Shown piece after piece: positions 1 to 10,574 of a stretch of DNA of 54,055 nt. The stretch covers positions 1-54,055 of the IMG/VR virus record IMGVR_UViG_3300017565_000023; one strand, written 5' to 3'. The notes under the pieces were generated by a model. That model had not been told where the DNA came from. It made no database searches and worked only from the letters and a program-made list of their open reading frames with translations. The first letter of the stretch is position 1. The number at the start of each line of letters is the position of its first letter. A program made the translations under genes and the position numbers. This stretch comes from a virus (Duplodnaviria > Caudoviricetes).

Positions 1-3000
1 ATCACGCCGCCCGCGCCCATATCCATGTAGGCCCGGTTGATCGCCCCCGCCGACTTCAGCTCGCCGAACCGGCCCGCCAGCGTCGGATATGCCACCATCG
101 CAACCTGCATGGCGTTGATCAGCGAATAGGCCGGTGAGAACAGGCGCGCCATGAACGTCAGGGTCATCAGGTCGCGCAGCGCCTTACCCGGCGGGGTAAC
201 ATTGCCATCGTTCACCGCGGTGCGGGATGACAGCTCATTGAGGATTTCAGAGCCGCGCTGGCGGCCGGCGCCCATCAGCTCCTCCTGCTGCACCTTGCGC
301 ATCTCGCCCATGGCTTCACGCACCGCCGGCATGTGCTCCATGCGGGCGATATAGCCCGACGCTGCCGACGTGTAATCGTGGACGGCGCGCGCCATGTCAG
401 CGCTGGCCCCCTTGACCATGCGGCGGGCGATCGAGCGCTGCTGCACCCGCGTGCCGGACATCATGCGCGCAGCCGCCTCATAGATGGCGATGCGCATCTC
501 GGCCTTCTGCTGCTCGCCCATGTCGGTGCGGCGCGCCACGGCGCCCAGCAGCGACGCCAGCTGGCTGGATGACAGGTCGTCCTGCGAATACCAGTCCTTG
601 CGCTGCAGCACCACGGACACCGACGTGTATTCGTTCGACGCCTTGGCGGCGCGGGCGAACTCCTGCGCGTCGTTCATGCTCTCGAAGAACTGCACGCCCT
701 GCGTCTGGACATAGGCGCGATAGGCGACATCCACGTCATGGCCGGCGGCGTCGGCAGCGCTGACCGGCTCGCCCGTCTCGCGCAGATAATAGCGGCGCCG
801 CACCGACGTGATGGGCAGGCCGGTGCTGTCGGCGAACTGGTTGAACAGGGCGCGCGCCGCCTTGTCGTCAGCCGCCTTGAACTCCACCACGCCCGGCTCC
901 ACCTCCTTGCCACCCTTCAGGTCGCCACGGTTGAGGTGCGTCACCACGACATGCTCGCCGCGCCGCATCAGCGGGAAGTAGTCGCCGTCGGTGCCCTTGA
1001 TCAGCCGGGCCTTGGCCAGATCGTTGAACATGGTCGGGCCAAGCAGCGTCTTGTCGGCTTCGTCCAGCGTGCCGGCGAGCGCGCGGTTGACCAGTCCGTC
1101 ACGCTGCTGCGCGGTCAGCCCCTTGCGCTCCTGCAGCACGGACTGGCCCACTGCCCGGGCGGTGTCGATGCGCGTCTTGGTGAAGAACTGCTGGCTGTCC
1201 ATCCATAGCGCCCGCAACTCTGCCGGCATGGCCATGAACCGCTTCTGCAGCCCCTCCAGCTGGGCCAGCTTCTGGCGCGCGCCGGCGGCGGTCTGGCTCA
1301 GGTGCTTGTTGTGCTCCAGCAGTGTCTCGCGGGTCCAGCGCGGGTCGTTCAGCATCTTCACGTCCATCGACGTGACATCCACAGCAAGGTCGCCGTAGTC
1401 GGCCATCCTGTCCCGGTGGTTGCGGATTGCCTCCACATACTTCTGGGTCAGGTCGGCGCCATCCTTCGCATACTTCTCGGCCGTCTGGTCGATCTGCAGC
1501 ATGCCCGTGACAGCCCGGTTCAGCCAGTCAGTGCCCTCGCGCGTGAACAGCCCCTCGCCGCTCTGGCGCAGCTGGTCCAGCGTCATCAGGCGGGTCATGA
1601 CGCGCCGCGCCTTGGTGGTCAGCGTGTTACCCCGGTCGGTAACCTGCTCCATGCTCATGCGCGGCGCCAGCGGCGATGCAGCACCCTGCCGCAGGCTGTA
1701 CAGCGGCGGCCGGCGCTCGGAGATGTCCAGCAGGCGCTCGCCCTGCAGCATGGCCATTTCCAGCATGTTGCGCGACGGCGCGGACCTGACGCCGATGAAC
1801 TGCAGCATGCTGTCGACCAGCCGGCTCATGGACGCGACGAACTCGGACCACATGCTGCGGTTGGGATTGAGCTGCACTGACAGCCCTGCCGTCGCCGGCG
1901 TGACGCGCAGCAGCTCCTGAAACTCCGAATTGGAGAATGCCTCGGAGATGAACTCGTGGACGTTGCTCAGGCCATAGACATTGTAATCCGCCGGCAGCTG
2001 TTGCTTGACGACATCCAGCATGTTCTGGATGCGGGCCATTTCAACAGGGTTGTTTTCGATGGTGTCATGCACGGCGGCGTGCAGCATTTCGTGCAGCACA
2101 AGGCGCGTCTGTCCTTCGCCGCCGTCCAGCATGTCTGAACGCAGCGCCACATATTGCCTGCCGTGTTCATCGCGACTGTAGAAACCTTCTGGCGCTGCCG
2201 TCCATCCATTGCGGATGATCGTGTCGTCAACGGTCAGTGCAACCATGGCTTCAGGCGACAGCACGTAGACCGGCACATGGCCAGCGATGCGGTCGAGGAT
2301 CGGCCCCAGCTGCCGGGAGACGGCGTTGAAAATCGGGCCATTGTCCGCCGTCGCGGCGCGCGCCAGCATGTCACGGCCGGTCGTGGCGCCCATGGCAAGG
2401 GCGCGGATTTGCGCGCTGGTGCGCTCGCGCCCCCGGCCCGCCCACTTGTTGATCAGCTGGCTCCAGCCGGCCGTCGTCGGGGAGCTGGACATGGATGCGC
2501 GTATGCGCGGCGGCTCGGCAGCGGGCTCCTCCAGCGTCGTCGCCATGTCAGGGTTGAACGCTGACACGGTGTCACCCTTCAGCCATTCACTGAACTCGGC
2601 CCGGGACATCGGCACGATGGACTGGATGCGGTCGGCTCCACGGCCGTCGCTGAACGAGTTTTCATAAGCAGTGCGCGCAGCCTCCTCAGATGGGAAGCCC
2701 ATCATCACCTTGTGCTCATCAAATGAACCATCAAGGTTCTGCTGGTTGATCATGAATATCTGCTTGGCCAGCTGCGACGGGCCAAGGAACACGTCAACCT
2801 GATCTCCATCAGCGCCAGTCGTCCGCTTGATGTAGCCATAGTCCACCGGCATGGTGACTTCCCAGCCGGGACCGCGCCGCTTCTGGCCGCGCGCCGTCTC
2901 CACGGTGACATCATGGCCCATGAACTTGCGGTGGCCCTTGGCATAGTTCCCTGCCTCGGCCTGAGCCTGCGATGCTGGCGCGACCGGCCGGCGGCGCTTG

Positions 3001-5516
3001 CTGGCCACGGCGAACTTGCCTGCCTTGTCCTCGCCTGCCGTGACGGTGCTGTTGTCCTGCTCCGGCGCTGCTACAGGCTTGGGCGTGACCTTGCGACGAA
3101 CCGTGGTGCTCTCCACCTGCCGGTCGTCCGGTGTCGCCGCTACAGCATTTGCCACGCCCTCGTTTGCGTCGATCGACACATTGCGCTCGATCCCGGCGGC
3201 GCGCGCTGCCTCGTCGCTGGTGGCGCGGCGGCTCGCCATGAACGCGGCGGGGTCCTCTTTCACCGCGGCGGCGTCGGCAGCGAACTGGACCAGCCGCTCC
3301 ATGGACACATTCTTGCCTGCGCGCAGGTCATTGCCCAGCGCCTGTGCATCGCGCAGGAACACGGTGGCGCCGCGGTCGTCGGTGCGGCCGGACAGGTCAA
3401 CGCCCCGCTCCTGCGCCAGTGACATCATGCTGTCGATGACAGCCAGCGTGCCCTTGCCATCGCCAATGGCGCGCCCGGTCACCAGTGGCATTTCGCTCGT
3501 GATGTCGGCAGCTGTGCGCTCGGTCTGCGCCCGCCGCTCACGCTCCTGCCGGGTTGCGGCGGCCTGCGCGTCCTCGGTCACAGCCTCGCCCGAATACACC
3601 TGCGACACGGTCTCATCATGCACCGCGCGCCGGGCTGTCATCCATGCCTCGCGCTGCGCTTGGGTCAGGCGACCGCTCTGCTGCGCCATGGTGCGCCAGT
3701 TCTCGGTCATCTGCTCGGGTGTGACGCCGCCAGCGATGGCGCGGTCGATGATGCGCTTGATCGCCTGACGGTCCTCGCGCGACCCCAGCTGGTCAGGGTC
3801 CGACGTGAGCTTGGCAGCAGTGTTCTCGCCGCGTACAACGCGCGCTGCCTCCGGCGCCGACACACGCGCCCGGTTCAGCTGGTTGGCCTTTTTCTCGGCC
3901 GCCTCGTCTTCGAGCGAGCGCAGGACGCGCGGTCCGCGCGGGGCCTCGCTGGTCGCCGTCTGGGGCGCCTGCAGGTCGGTCTTCAGCTCATCCAGCTGCC
4001 GTCCGACAGCGTCGATGCGCTCAGTGGTCGACGGGCTGGTGGTCACCTGCTCTCGTGGCTGCTCCACCACTGGCGTGACAAGGCTCTCAATCTGCGCGCC
4101 AATATCGGCAAGGGAGGCTTCCGTATTGTCCAGTTGCGCCGTGACATCATCGGATGCTGGCGCGGTTACCTCCGGGGTAGGCTCGATGATCGCAGCAAGC
4201 GGGTCCGCCGCCGGCTCGGGGGCAGGCGTCGCCACCATGGGCTCGGCGTCAGGGTCCTCGTCCAGAACCGCGTCCGGGGCCGCAGGAGGGGCGTTCTGCT
4301 GGACCGGGGCCTCCATGGGGGTCTGGGCCGGGGCGCCCTGTGCAGGCGGCTGGCTGACCTCCGGTGCGGCCATGTCAGGGGCAGGCGCGGTGATGGCGTT
4401 CTCGTTGGCGGTCTCCAGCCCTGCAGCGGTGTCAGGGTCGACAGCGCCGACGGTGGCGCCATCGCGCTGCCCGACCTCCACCTCTTTGTGACGTCCGCCG
4501 GCGACATGGCCAACGCCGCCCACTGTGCCACCAGTCAGGCCGCCCAGAATACCGGCCTGCACCGACGCCTCCAGCGCGCCGGAGATGTCAGGGTCAGACA
4601 GCGGCAGGGAGTTGCGCTGCTCATAGTCGCGGATGGCGAGCCGCTTGCTGGCTTCCTGCGTCCCCTGATCCAGAAACTCGTTGACCGCTTCACCCTTGGC
4701 GGCCCGGCCAATGGCGCGACCAAGCCCGCCGCGCCCCAACGTACCGGCGCCAATCATGCCCTCCACGCCGACGGTGGCCAGCGCGCCGGACGCGAGGAAC
4801 TGGTAAACCGCCTTGTTGCCGATGGCGCCCTGAATGAGCATCTCGCGCGCTTCCTTGGGCGCAATGCCGGCGTCGAGATATTCCGAGAACTCGGGGATGT
4901 TCTGGCGCAGGTCGTCATCCGACATCTTGCCGAACAGGTCGCGCAGGTCTTTGGTGAAGCCGCCCGCACCCATCGCGCCGGCAGCTGCAGAGCCGCCCGG
5001 GATACCGCCCAGAAGGGCCGCGCCCATGGATGGCACCAGTGAACCAAGGCCCTGCGCCATCTTGGTGGTCAGCGCCTCTTTCAGGCTGACGTCGCTGTCC
5101 CAGACGTTGCGCTCACCCTTGGAGCGGTCAGCGCCCCACAGCTTGGCGGCCAGCGCGCGCTTGGCGCTCTCCGACATGCCATCCACGAGACTGTCGGCAG
5201 TTGAGCGCAGTGTGTCGCGGACACCGTCGACGGCTCCGGCGTTGGCGCGGTCCTGTGGGTTAAGGTCGGTCCCGGCGGCGAGGACGCCCATGTCCTGCCC
5301 GCCCTGCACGGCGTCGGCGGTTGCGCCAATGGCGCCGGCGGCGAAGGCGCGGCCCGTATTGCCAAAGAACCCCGGTTCATCCTTGCGCGGCGGGGTCGGC
5401 GACGCGAACAGGTTGTCGTCCAGCTCCATGTCGGGAGCGGGGGCCGCATCTGGTTTGGTCTTGGACGCCGGGGCCGCAAACAGCGTGTCGTCCAGTTCAA
5501 AATCAGATGCAGCCAT
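1..5516 (-). CDS. Large polyvalent virion/ejection protein (partial, >1830 aa; 3' end outside the window) with inorganic-pyrophosphatase-like, zincin metallopeptidase and PLxRFG-like motifs
   Basis: Not in the ORF track, consistent with no stop inside the window. ATG at 5516 (MAASDFELDD...). In the same frame I read MPVDYGYIKRTTGADGDQVDVFLG...FDEHKVMMGF (~2690-2950), VLHEMLH (2079-2099) followed by YGLSNVHEFISEAFSNSEFQELL, and GDYFPLMRRG (~957-986). Frame checked at these points, not at every codon. Confidence 0.85.
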   Translation of the reverse strand, partial: MAASDFELDDTLFAAPASKTKPDAAPAPDMELDDNLFASPTPPRKDEPGFFGNTGRAFAAGAIGATADAVQGGQDMGVLAAGTDLNPQDRANAGAVDGVRDTLRSTADSLVDGMSESAKRALAAKLWGADRSKGERNVWDSDVSLKEALTTKMAQGLGSLVPSMGAALLGGIPGGSAAAGAMGAGGFTKDLRDLFGKMSDDDLRQNIPEFSEYLDAGIAPKEAREMLIQGAIGNKAVYQFLASGALATVGVEGMIGAGTLGRGGLGRAIGRAAKGEAVNEFLDQGTQEASKRLAIRDYEQRNSLPLSDPDISGALEASVQAGILGGLTGGTVGGVGHVAGGRHKEVEVGQRDGATVGAVDPDTAAGLETANENAITAPAPDMAAPEVSQPPAQGAPAQTPMEAPVQQNAPPAAPDAVLDEDPDAEPMVATPAPEPAADPLAAIIEPTPEVTAPASDDVTAQLDNTEASLADIGAQIESLVTPVVEQPREQVTTSPSTTERIDAVGRQLDELKTDLQAPQTATSEAPRGPRVLRSLEDEAAEKKANQLNRARVSAPEAARVVRGENTAAKLTSDPDQLGSREDRQAIKRIIDRAIAGGVTPEQMTENWRTMAQQSGRLTQAQREAWMTARRAVHDETVSQVYSGEAVTEDAQAAATRQERERRAQTERTAADITSEMPLVTGRAIGDGKGTLAVIDSMMSLAQERGVDLSGRTDDRGATVFLRDAQALGNDLRAGKNVSMERLVQFAADAAAVKEDPAAFMASRRATSDEAARAAGIERNVSIDANEGVANAVAATPDDRQVESTTVRRKVTPKPVAAPEQDNSTVTAGEDKAGKFAVASKRRRPVAPASQAQAEAGNYAKGHRKFMGHDVTVETARGQKRRGPGWEVTMPVDYGYIKRTTGADGDQVDVFLGPSQLAKQIFMINQQNLDGSFDEHKVMMGFPSEEAARTAYENSFSDGRGADRIQSIVPMSRAEFSEWLKGDTVSAFNPDMATTLEEPAAEPPRIRASMSSSPTTAGWSQLINKWAGRGRERTSAQIRALAMGATTGRDMLARAATADNGPIFNAVSRQLGPILDRIAGHVPVYVLSPEAMVALTVDDTIIRNGWTAAPEGFYSRDEHGRQYVALRSDMLDGGEGQTRLVLHEMLHAAVHDTIENNPVEMARIQNMLDVVKQQLPADYNVYGLSNVHEFISEAFSNSEFQELLRVTPATAGLSVQLNPNRSMWSEFVASMSRLVDSMLQFIGVRSAPSRNMLEMAMLQGERLLDISERRPPLYSLRQGAASPLAPRMSMEQVTDRGNTLTTKARRVMTRLMTLDQLRQSGEGLFTREGTDWLNRAVTGMLQIDQTAEKYAKDGADLTQKYVEAIRNHRDRMADYGDLAVDVTSMDVKMLNDPRWTRETLLEHNKHLSQTAAGARQKLAQLEGLQKRFMAMPAELRALWMDSQQFFTKTRIDTARAVGQSVLQERKGLTAQQRDGLVNRALAGTLDEADKTLLGPTMFNDLAKARLIKGTDGDYFPLMRRGEHVVVTHLNRGDLKGGKEVEPGVVEFKAADDKAARALFNQFADSTGLPITSVRRRYYLRETGEPVSAADAAGHDVDVAYRAYVQTQGVQFFESMNDAQEFARAAKASNEYTSVSVVLQRKDWYSQDDLSSSQLASLLGAVARRTDMGEQQKAEMRIAIYEAAARMMSGTRVQQRSIARRMVKGASADMARAVHDYTSAASGYIARMEHMPAVREAMGEMRKVQQEELMGAGRQRGSEILNELSSRTAVNDGNVTPPGKALRDLMTLTFMARLFSPAYSLINAMQVAMVAYPTLAGRFGELKSAGAINRAYMDMGAGGV

Positions 5517-5526
5517 TTTCTACCTG

Positions 5527-8500
5527 CTAGGTGTCTTCGTCCCGGCCAGCCGCCGTATTGCGGGACACACTAACACCAGACTGCGCACCGGGTACATAGT
5601 TGCGGCGGCGCAGGTCTACGCCCGTGCGCTCCGCCTCGCGATCGCGCCGGTAGGCGTCGATGCTTTTCTTGGCGTTGGCGCGCGATGCTGCGGTGCGCGG
5701 TGCGGAGCTGGCGTTGCGTGCGACGCGGCGGTCACCCTTGGGCTGCTCCTGCACCACCATGGAGTTGCCGCGCAATGCCTGCACCAGCTCGATGCTGCGC
5801 CGGTCGAGATAGACCGGGTCGCCGCTGCCGATGCGCACGCGCCCGTCGCGCTCCAGCCCGATGGTCCGGTTGTTCTTGTCGAACATCCGGGCGGTGATCT
5901 GGGCGGCGTCCTCCGGCGACACGTTCGGGTTGCCGTTGACGATGGATGCTGCGATGGACTTCATGCGCGCCTTGGCCTGCGGATTGATCTCGCGATCTTC
6001 CGGCAGGATCGTGCCGAATGCGCTGTCCAGCGACTTGTCCAGCGTGGTCGGCGCGGCGCGGGTCCGGCCCGGCTTCAGCTGCTGCTTTTTGTATGCAGCG
6101 TCGGCCACTGTCGCCATGTTCTGCGCCGCACGGACACCACGTTCCCTGTTGAACGCAGCAGCTGTCTCCGGCGCGCCCTCCATTTCGGTAGCTGCGCGAG
6201 CCTCGGGGCCGGCCTCGCCTTGCGTGCCTGCGGGCATTTGCATGGTGGGCGCCGTCCGGGCAGGCGTGTTGCCAGCCATCGACTGGTCATTTTGCGCCAT
6301 GGACGGTAGGGCTGCAGGAGCATTGGGCGTGCGGATCGGCGCCGTCTGTTCATCCACAGGCTGGGTGGGAACGGCGCTGTTCTGAACAGGACCAAGATCA
6401 AGGGCTGCAGCTGCATCAGCATCAATGGCCTGTGCCTTTCTCTCGTCAGCGGTGGTGCGCGCGGAACCGGCGGCGCGGGGCTGCGCCAGACGGCGGCGCT
6501 GGCCCTCCATGTAGATGTCGTGGCGCTCCTTGGCCCGGCCGGCGCTCTCCTCGGCGCGGCGGTCGCGGCGTGCCTCGGCCTCGGTCATGCCAGACTTCTT
6601 GGGCTGGCTCATGAGACCCATGGCGCGATACCACAGCGTACCGTCGCCCATGCCGGTGGCCAGCTGCGTCAGCTGGTTGAGGGTAACCTCGCCCTTCTGC
6701 GTCAGGTTGCCGTCCGCGTCGAACATCTGGATGCGGACACCCTTGTTACCCACCGGGGTAGCTTCGATGCTCTGGCCAGTCGGCAGGGCGCCGTATGCCT
6801 GCTCCACGGTGCGCGCCGCGCCCTTGGTGTCACCACGCTCAGCCTGCACCTGCAGCACCGGGCCGGCGGCGGACAACACGCTCTTGGAATACATGAGCAT
6901 GGACGCCGCGTAGTTCTTGGCCTTGGCCGCGTCGCCCTTGTCCAGATAGAACTTGTAGCCCGCATAGAGACGGGCAATCTGGCGCGCGCCGGCGCCCAGC
7001 TGGCCATTGGGGTCAATGGCGCTGTCGACCTCGCGGATTTCCGATGGTCGCGCCGCGCCCTCATTGCGCGCAAAGCGCTGCAGCCCCTGCTGCCGGGCGG
7101 CGGGGTCCTGCTGGTTTGCCAGCTGATAGTTCTCGGTGATGCCCTGCATGCCGGCAGCGACGACTTCCGGCAGGCGATCGACGCCCTCGCGCGCCACGGC
7201 GCTGGTGTCATACTGCTCGCGCTGCTGGGGCATGGGGGCGGGCTGGCCCTGCTGCTCACGCACCGCCTGCGGCTGGGTGGCGAAGAACGGGACCGGGCCT
7301 TCATCCTCCGGCGCCTTGTCTGGCACCGCGCCGCCGTCGGCGAACGCCCATAGCCCCTGCTGCTGGTCCTGCGTTGGCGACATGGCCGCGCCGCTGTTGA
7401 AGTCGACAGGCTGGAACTGGGAGACGCCCTGCGGGCCGCCCTGCACCATGTTGCCATCGGCGTCGATCATCCACGGCGGCACGCCCATCTTCATGAGCTG
7501 GTCGCGGCGCGCCGCTACATCACGCACACGCTGGCGCTCGGCCGCCTCCGCCGCGGCGGTTGCGCGCGACTGCTCGAACTGCTGCATGCGGTCCTGACGC
7601 TGGGCGGCGAACTTGTCGCCGGCGCCGGTCATGTAGTCCTCGTAACGGTAGGAGCGCGTCGGCTCAGTCGGCGCCCGGGCGCTGGGGCGCTCGCTGGGCG
7701 TGTACTGGAACTGGTCGAGGAACACGCTGCCGCGCCGGTCGGGGGCCTGCGACTGCCAGCCCGCCGCCACACCAGTGTCCGCTGTCGCACCGCTGGGCAC
7801 AGCGCCGCCGTCAGCCAGCGCGACGGTGTTCACGCCACCATAGGACCCGCCGGGGATGGCGGAGCGCGGGAGCGGCGGGAGACCTGCGGCGGCCCGCTGG
7901 CGGTTGGTGTAATCGTCGGCGTCGTCAGCGGCGGCCCGGCGGTCATCCGGCGTCTGCTCGCCATCATCCACCGGCAGGGCTGATGTGGGCGCGGGAGCGC
8001 TGGCCTGCTGCACCGGAACGCTGCCGGGGGTGTTCATGTACTTGTTGGCGCGCGCAATGCGGTGATCCTTCCTCGGGCGCAGGAAGCTGTTCACGATCGC
8101 AGCGCCGGCCTCGCCAGCCGTCTTGGTCTTCAGGATTTGGTCGTAAGCCGCTTTCTCGGGACCCTGCAGCTCATGCACCATGAAATCCAGCTGCGTGTCG
8201 ATGTTCGACAGCGACGTGCCGCGCTCCTTGGCGTACTGCTCATAGGCAACGCGGCGCGGGCCGGTGACCTGATACAGGCCGAACCCGCCGCGCGATCCCG
8301 GGATGGTGGGCTTGGCCTCGTTAATGCCCGGATTGAACCCGCTTTCGTCCTGCATGTTCATGACGAAGCCGTCGGCGATATGCTCAGGCAAGCCACGGTC
8401 AATCAGGCCGGCGCGGATATACTGGGCGCGCTCACCAAGGTTCCCGATGTTGGCCTGCTGCGACGCCGCGTCGGCGCCGGACGTGCCAGCATCGCTGGTG

Positions 8501-8685
8501 GACGCCTGCCCGACTGGCACACCCTGACGCAGGCTGGCGGAAGCATCAGCCTCCGCCTTGTCCTGCGCCGCCTTCAGGTCCCGTGCATCCTTGCCCTTGG
8601 CATGCTTGCTCTCGATCTTGGAGCCGGCGTCATAGGTGGACTTGAATACAGAGACAAAGTCCTTGACCTCATTCGCGAATGACAT
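5527..8685 (-). CDS. Internal virion (ejection) protein with phage-tail-lysozyme-like muralytic domain
   Basis: 1052 aa. N-terminal region GLPEHIADGFVMNMQDESGFNP...GGFGLYQVTGPRR...DTQLDFMVHEL matches the phage tail lysozyme / lytic transglycosylase pattern. Lies downstream of the tail genes. Confidence 0.8.
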   Translation of the reverse strand: MSFANEVKDFVSVFKSTYDAGSKIESKHAKGKDARDLKAAQDKAEADASASLRQGVPVGQASTSDAGTSGADAASQQANIGNLGERAQYIRAGLIDRGLPEHIADGFVMNMQDESGFNPGINEAKPTIPGSRGGFGLYQVTGPRRVAYEQYAKERGTSLSNIDTQLDFMVHELQGPEKAAYDQILKTKTAGEAGAAIVNSFLRPRKDHRIARANKYMNTPGSVPVQQASAPAPTSALPVDDGEQTPDDRRAAADDADDYTNRQRAAAGLPPLPRSAIPGGSYGGVNTVALADGGAVPSGATADTGVAAGWQSQAPDRRGSVFLDQFQYTPSERPSARAPTEPTRSYRYEDYMTGAGDKFAAQRQDRMQQFEQSRATAAAEAAERQRVRDVAARRDQLMKMGVPPWMIDADGNMVQGGPQGVSQFQPVDFNSGAAMSPTQDQQQGLWAFADGGAVPDKAPEDEGPVPFFATQPQAVREQQGQPAPMPQQREQYDTSAVAREGVDRLPEVVAAGMQGITENYQLANQQDPAARQQGLQRFARNEGAARPSEIREVDSAIDPNGQLGAGARQIARLYAGYKFYLDKGDAAKAKNYAASMLMYSKSVLSAAGPVLQVQAERGDTKGAARTVEQAYGALPTGQSIEATPVGNKGVRIQMFDADGNLTQKGEVTLNQLTQLATGMGDGTLWYRAMGLMSQPKKSGMTEAEARRDRRAEESAGRAKERHDIYMEGQRRRLAQPRAAGSARTTADERKAQAIDADAAAALDLGPVQNSAVPTQPVDEQTAPIRTPNAPAALPSMAQNDQSMAGNTPARTAPTMQMPAGTQGEAGPEARAATEMEGAPETAAAFNRERGVRAAQNMATVADAAYKKQQLKPGRTRAAPTTLDKSLDSAFGTILPEDREINPQAKARMKSIAASIVNGNPNVSPEDAAQITARMFDKNNRTIGLERDGRVRIGSGDPVYLDRRSIELVQALRGNSMVVQEQPKGDRRVARNASSAPRTAASRANAKKSIDAYRRDREAERTGVDLRRRNYVPGAQSGVSVSRNTAAGRDEDT

Positions 8686-8695
8686 CCGTGTCTCC

Positions 8696-9832
8696 TCAGA
8701 CAGGCAATGCCGCCGTATTCACAACAGGGCGCGCGGGCGGCGCGTTTCGTTCGGTCGGGCCAGCGCCAACATCAACCGGCAGCGCCTGCCGTTCCTGCTT
8801 CGCCTTGCCGATCATCTGGTATAGCTGCTTCTGGCCGATCCATTCCACAGCTTCCTTGGGCATGACAAACTCGCCCGCGTTGAGCCGGGCCGGGACATCG
8901 TCCACGTCCTCGCCGCCCGACGGTGACATGCCTTCATCCACCGGCACGCCGCTGTGGGCTGGGCCGTCGACCGGGACACCCTGCTGGGGCACCGCGCCGC
9001 CGTCGGCGAGGCCGATCAGCTTGGCGCCGATGCCACCGACAAGGCCCAGCATGGAGCCAATACCAGACGACTGGTTGGCGCTGTTCTCGGCCTTGTAGGC
9101 GTCAAGGGCGTTGTTGTAGCCCATGTTCAGCACGTTGCCCCACGTCCCGATGGACTGGTTGGACAGGCCCTGCCACTGCGCGGGCGTGCCCATGGTGTTC
9201 GCGCCGGTCGCCGTGGTGGCGATGCCCGCGTTCACGCCGGAGTTACCCGACTGGGTAGCCGTGTTGTAGGCGCCCTGAATTTGCGCGGGGTAACCCTTGC
9301 CAATGTTAATCGCCTCGGAGCGCAGGGCGCGGCCGGTGGCCTCCACCTGCTGACGCGCCTGATTGCCGGCGGATGCGCGGGCGGCGGCTTCCTGCATGCG
9401 CGTCGAGACATCCAGCGCACCGGCGCGCGTCTGCGACGGGTCAATGCCGTAGCTCTCCAGCCGGTCCTGTGCGGCGGTGCGCGCCATCTCGAACTGCTGG
9501 GAGACGTCAGCCTGCGCGCGGCCGGCCTCATACTCCTGCCGTTCCGGGTTGGCGTATTCGCGCGCCTCCCACGCAAGGTCGTCCTCCAGCGGCTGGAAGA
9601 TGTCCTCGTAGCGGGCGCGATCGGCGGCGGCCTGCGCATCCGTCTGGTCGAGGCGGCGCAGCGCGGCCTCAATGACGCTGTCGGACACGTCACGGTCGAG
9701 GAAATACTGTTCCTTGGCCCAGTTAAGCTGCTCGCGCGCCACCTCGGCAGAGATGGCTGCGCTTTCTTTTGATGCCTCCGCGACCGGGGTATAGTCGGGC
9801 GGCGGCGGCGCCGAATTTTTACCTCCACCCAT
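8696..9832 (-). CDS. Internal virion / DNA-ejection (pilot-like) protein
   Basis: Probable start MGGGKNSAPPPPDY at 9832. Ala/Gln-rich helical body, Gly-rich hydrophobic stretch, C-terminal DDVPARLNAGEFVMP motif; position typical of podovirus ejection proteins. Confidence 0.7.
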   Translation of the reverse strand: MGGGKNSAPPPPDYTPVAEASKESAAISAEVAREQLNWAKEQYFLDRDVSDSVIEAALRRLDQTDAQAAADRARYEDIFQPLEDDLAWEAREYANPERQEYEAGRAQADVSQQFEMARTAAQDRLESYGIDPSQTRAGALDVSTRMQEAAARASAGNQARQQVEATGRALRSEAINIGKGYPAQIQGAYNTATQSGNSGVNAGIATTATGANTMGTPAQWQGLSNQSIGTWGNVLNMGYNNALDAYKAENSANQSSGIGSMLGLVGGIGAKLIGLADGGAVPQQGVPVDGPAHSGVPVDEGMSPSGGEDVDDVPARLNAGEFVMPKEAVEWIGQKQLYQMIGKAKQERQALPVDVGAGPTERNAPPARPVVNTAALPV

Positions 9833-9903
9833 AGGTGCTCTCCCAGTCGATTGCGGATTACTTGCCCGTGTCGCCGTAGTCGGGACGCTGCGGCGTGTTC
9901 TGT

Positions 9904-10371
9904 TCACCACCCATTTAAGTCTCTCCCTCTCCGATATGCGACTTTCACATCGCGCTGCGGCATATCCAGATAGCGGCAGGCTTCGCGCTTCATCGCGAGC
10001 ACAACCATAGCACCATCTGGGAAAACGTCATCTATTCTGGTGATCTCGCTGAAGCCAAGCCGCTTGTCAAACTCCAGCGCGGCAGCGTTGCTTGCCTTCA
10101 CCTGCCCGAAAATTGTGTTTACCTTCAACTGCCGGAAGGGGTAGTCAAAGCATATCCAAAGCATGTCCTTGGTTACCCAACGAGGTAACAGGGATGCCAC
10201 ATGCATGCTGATGCTTACCTCATAATAGGCAGTGTAGATCACACCGCCTGCGAGCTGGCCATCAATTGTGTTTGCGATGTTTACATCGCACTTGGGGTTG
10301 TAAGTTGCCCCGGCTTCATCTGCGAGCAGGTGACCAAAATCCTCGTCATTAACGACGATCTGGTAGCTCAT
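9904..10371 (-). CDS. GNAT-family acetyltransferase (virion-module associated)
   Basis: FDYPFRQLKVNTIFGQVKASNAAALEFDKRLGF resembles the RimJ/RimL-type GNAT motif. Sits between the nozzle and ejection genes, as in many podoviruses. Confidence 0.75.
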   Translation of the reverse strand: MSYQIVVNDEDFGHLLADEAGATYNPKCDVNIANTIDGQLAGGVIYTAYYEVSISMHVASLLPRWVTKDMLWICFDYPFRQLKVNTIFGQVKASNAAALEFDKRLGFSEITRIDDVFPDGAMVVLAMKREACRYLDMPQRDVKVAYRRGRDLNGW

Positions 10372-10574
10372 TGCTTTGGCACCTGCCACGCCTGAACCAG
10401 CTTCAGGTTCAAAAGATCACGCCATGTCACCGCCCGGTCCTCGGGATCGCCCCGCTGGCCGGACAGCATTTCATACCCTTCCTTCAGCTCGGTCGCCACC
10501 TTGGCCAGCGAGTTAACGTCAGGGGTTGGCTGCGAGATGGTCGGGCGTTGTTTGTCGGACCTAGACACGGACAA
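10368..10574 (-). CDS. Small virion-module hypothetical protein
   Basis: 68 aa, overlaps both neighbours; GQRGDPEDRAVTWRDL motif of the kind seen in podovirus tail modules. Confidence 0.65.
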   Translation of the reverse strand: MSVSRSDKQRPTISQPTPDVNSLAKVATELKEGYEMLSGQRGDPEDRAVTWRDLLNLKLVQAWQVPKQ

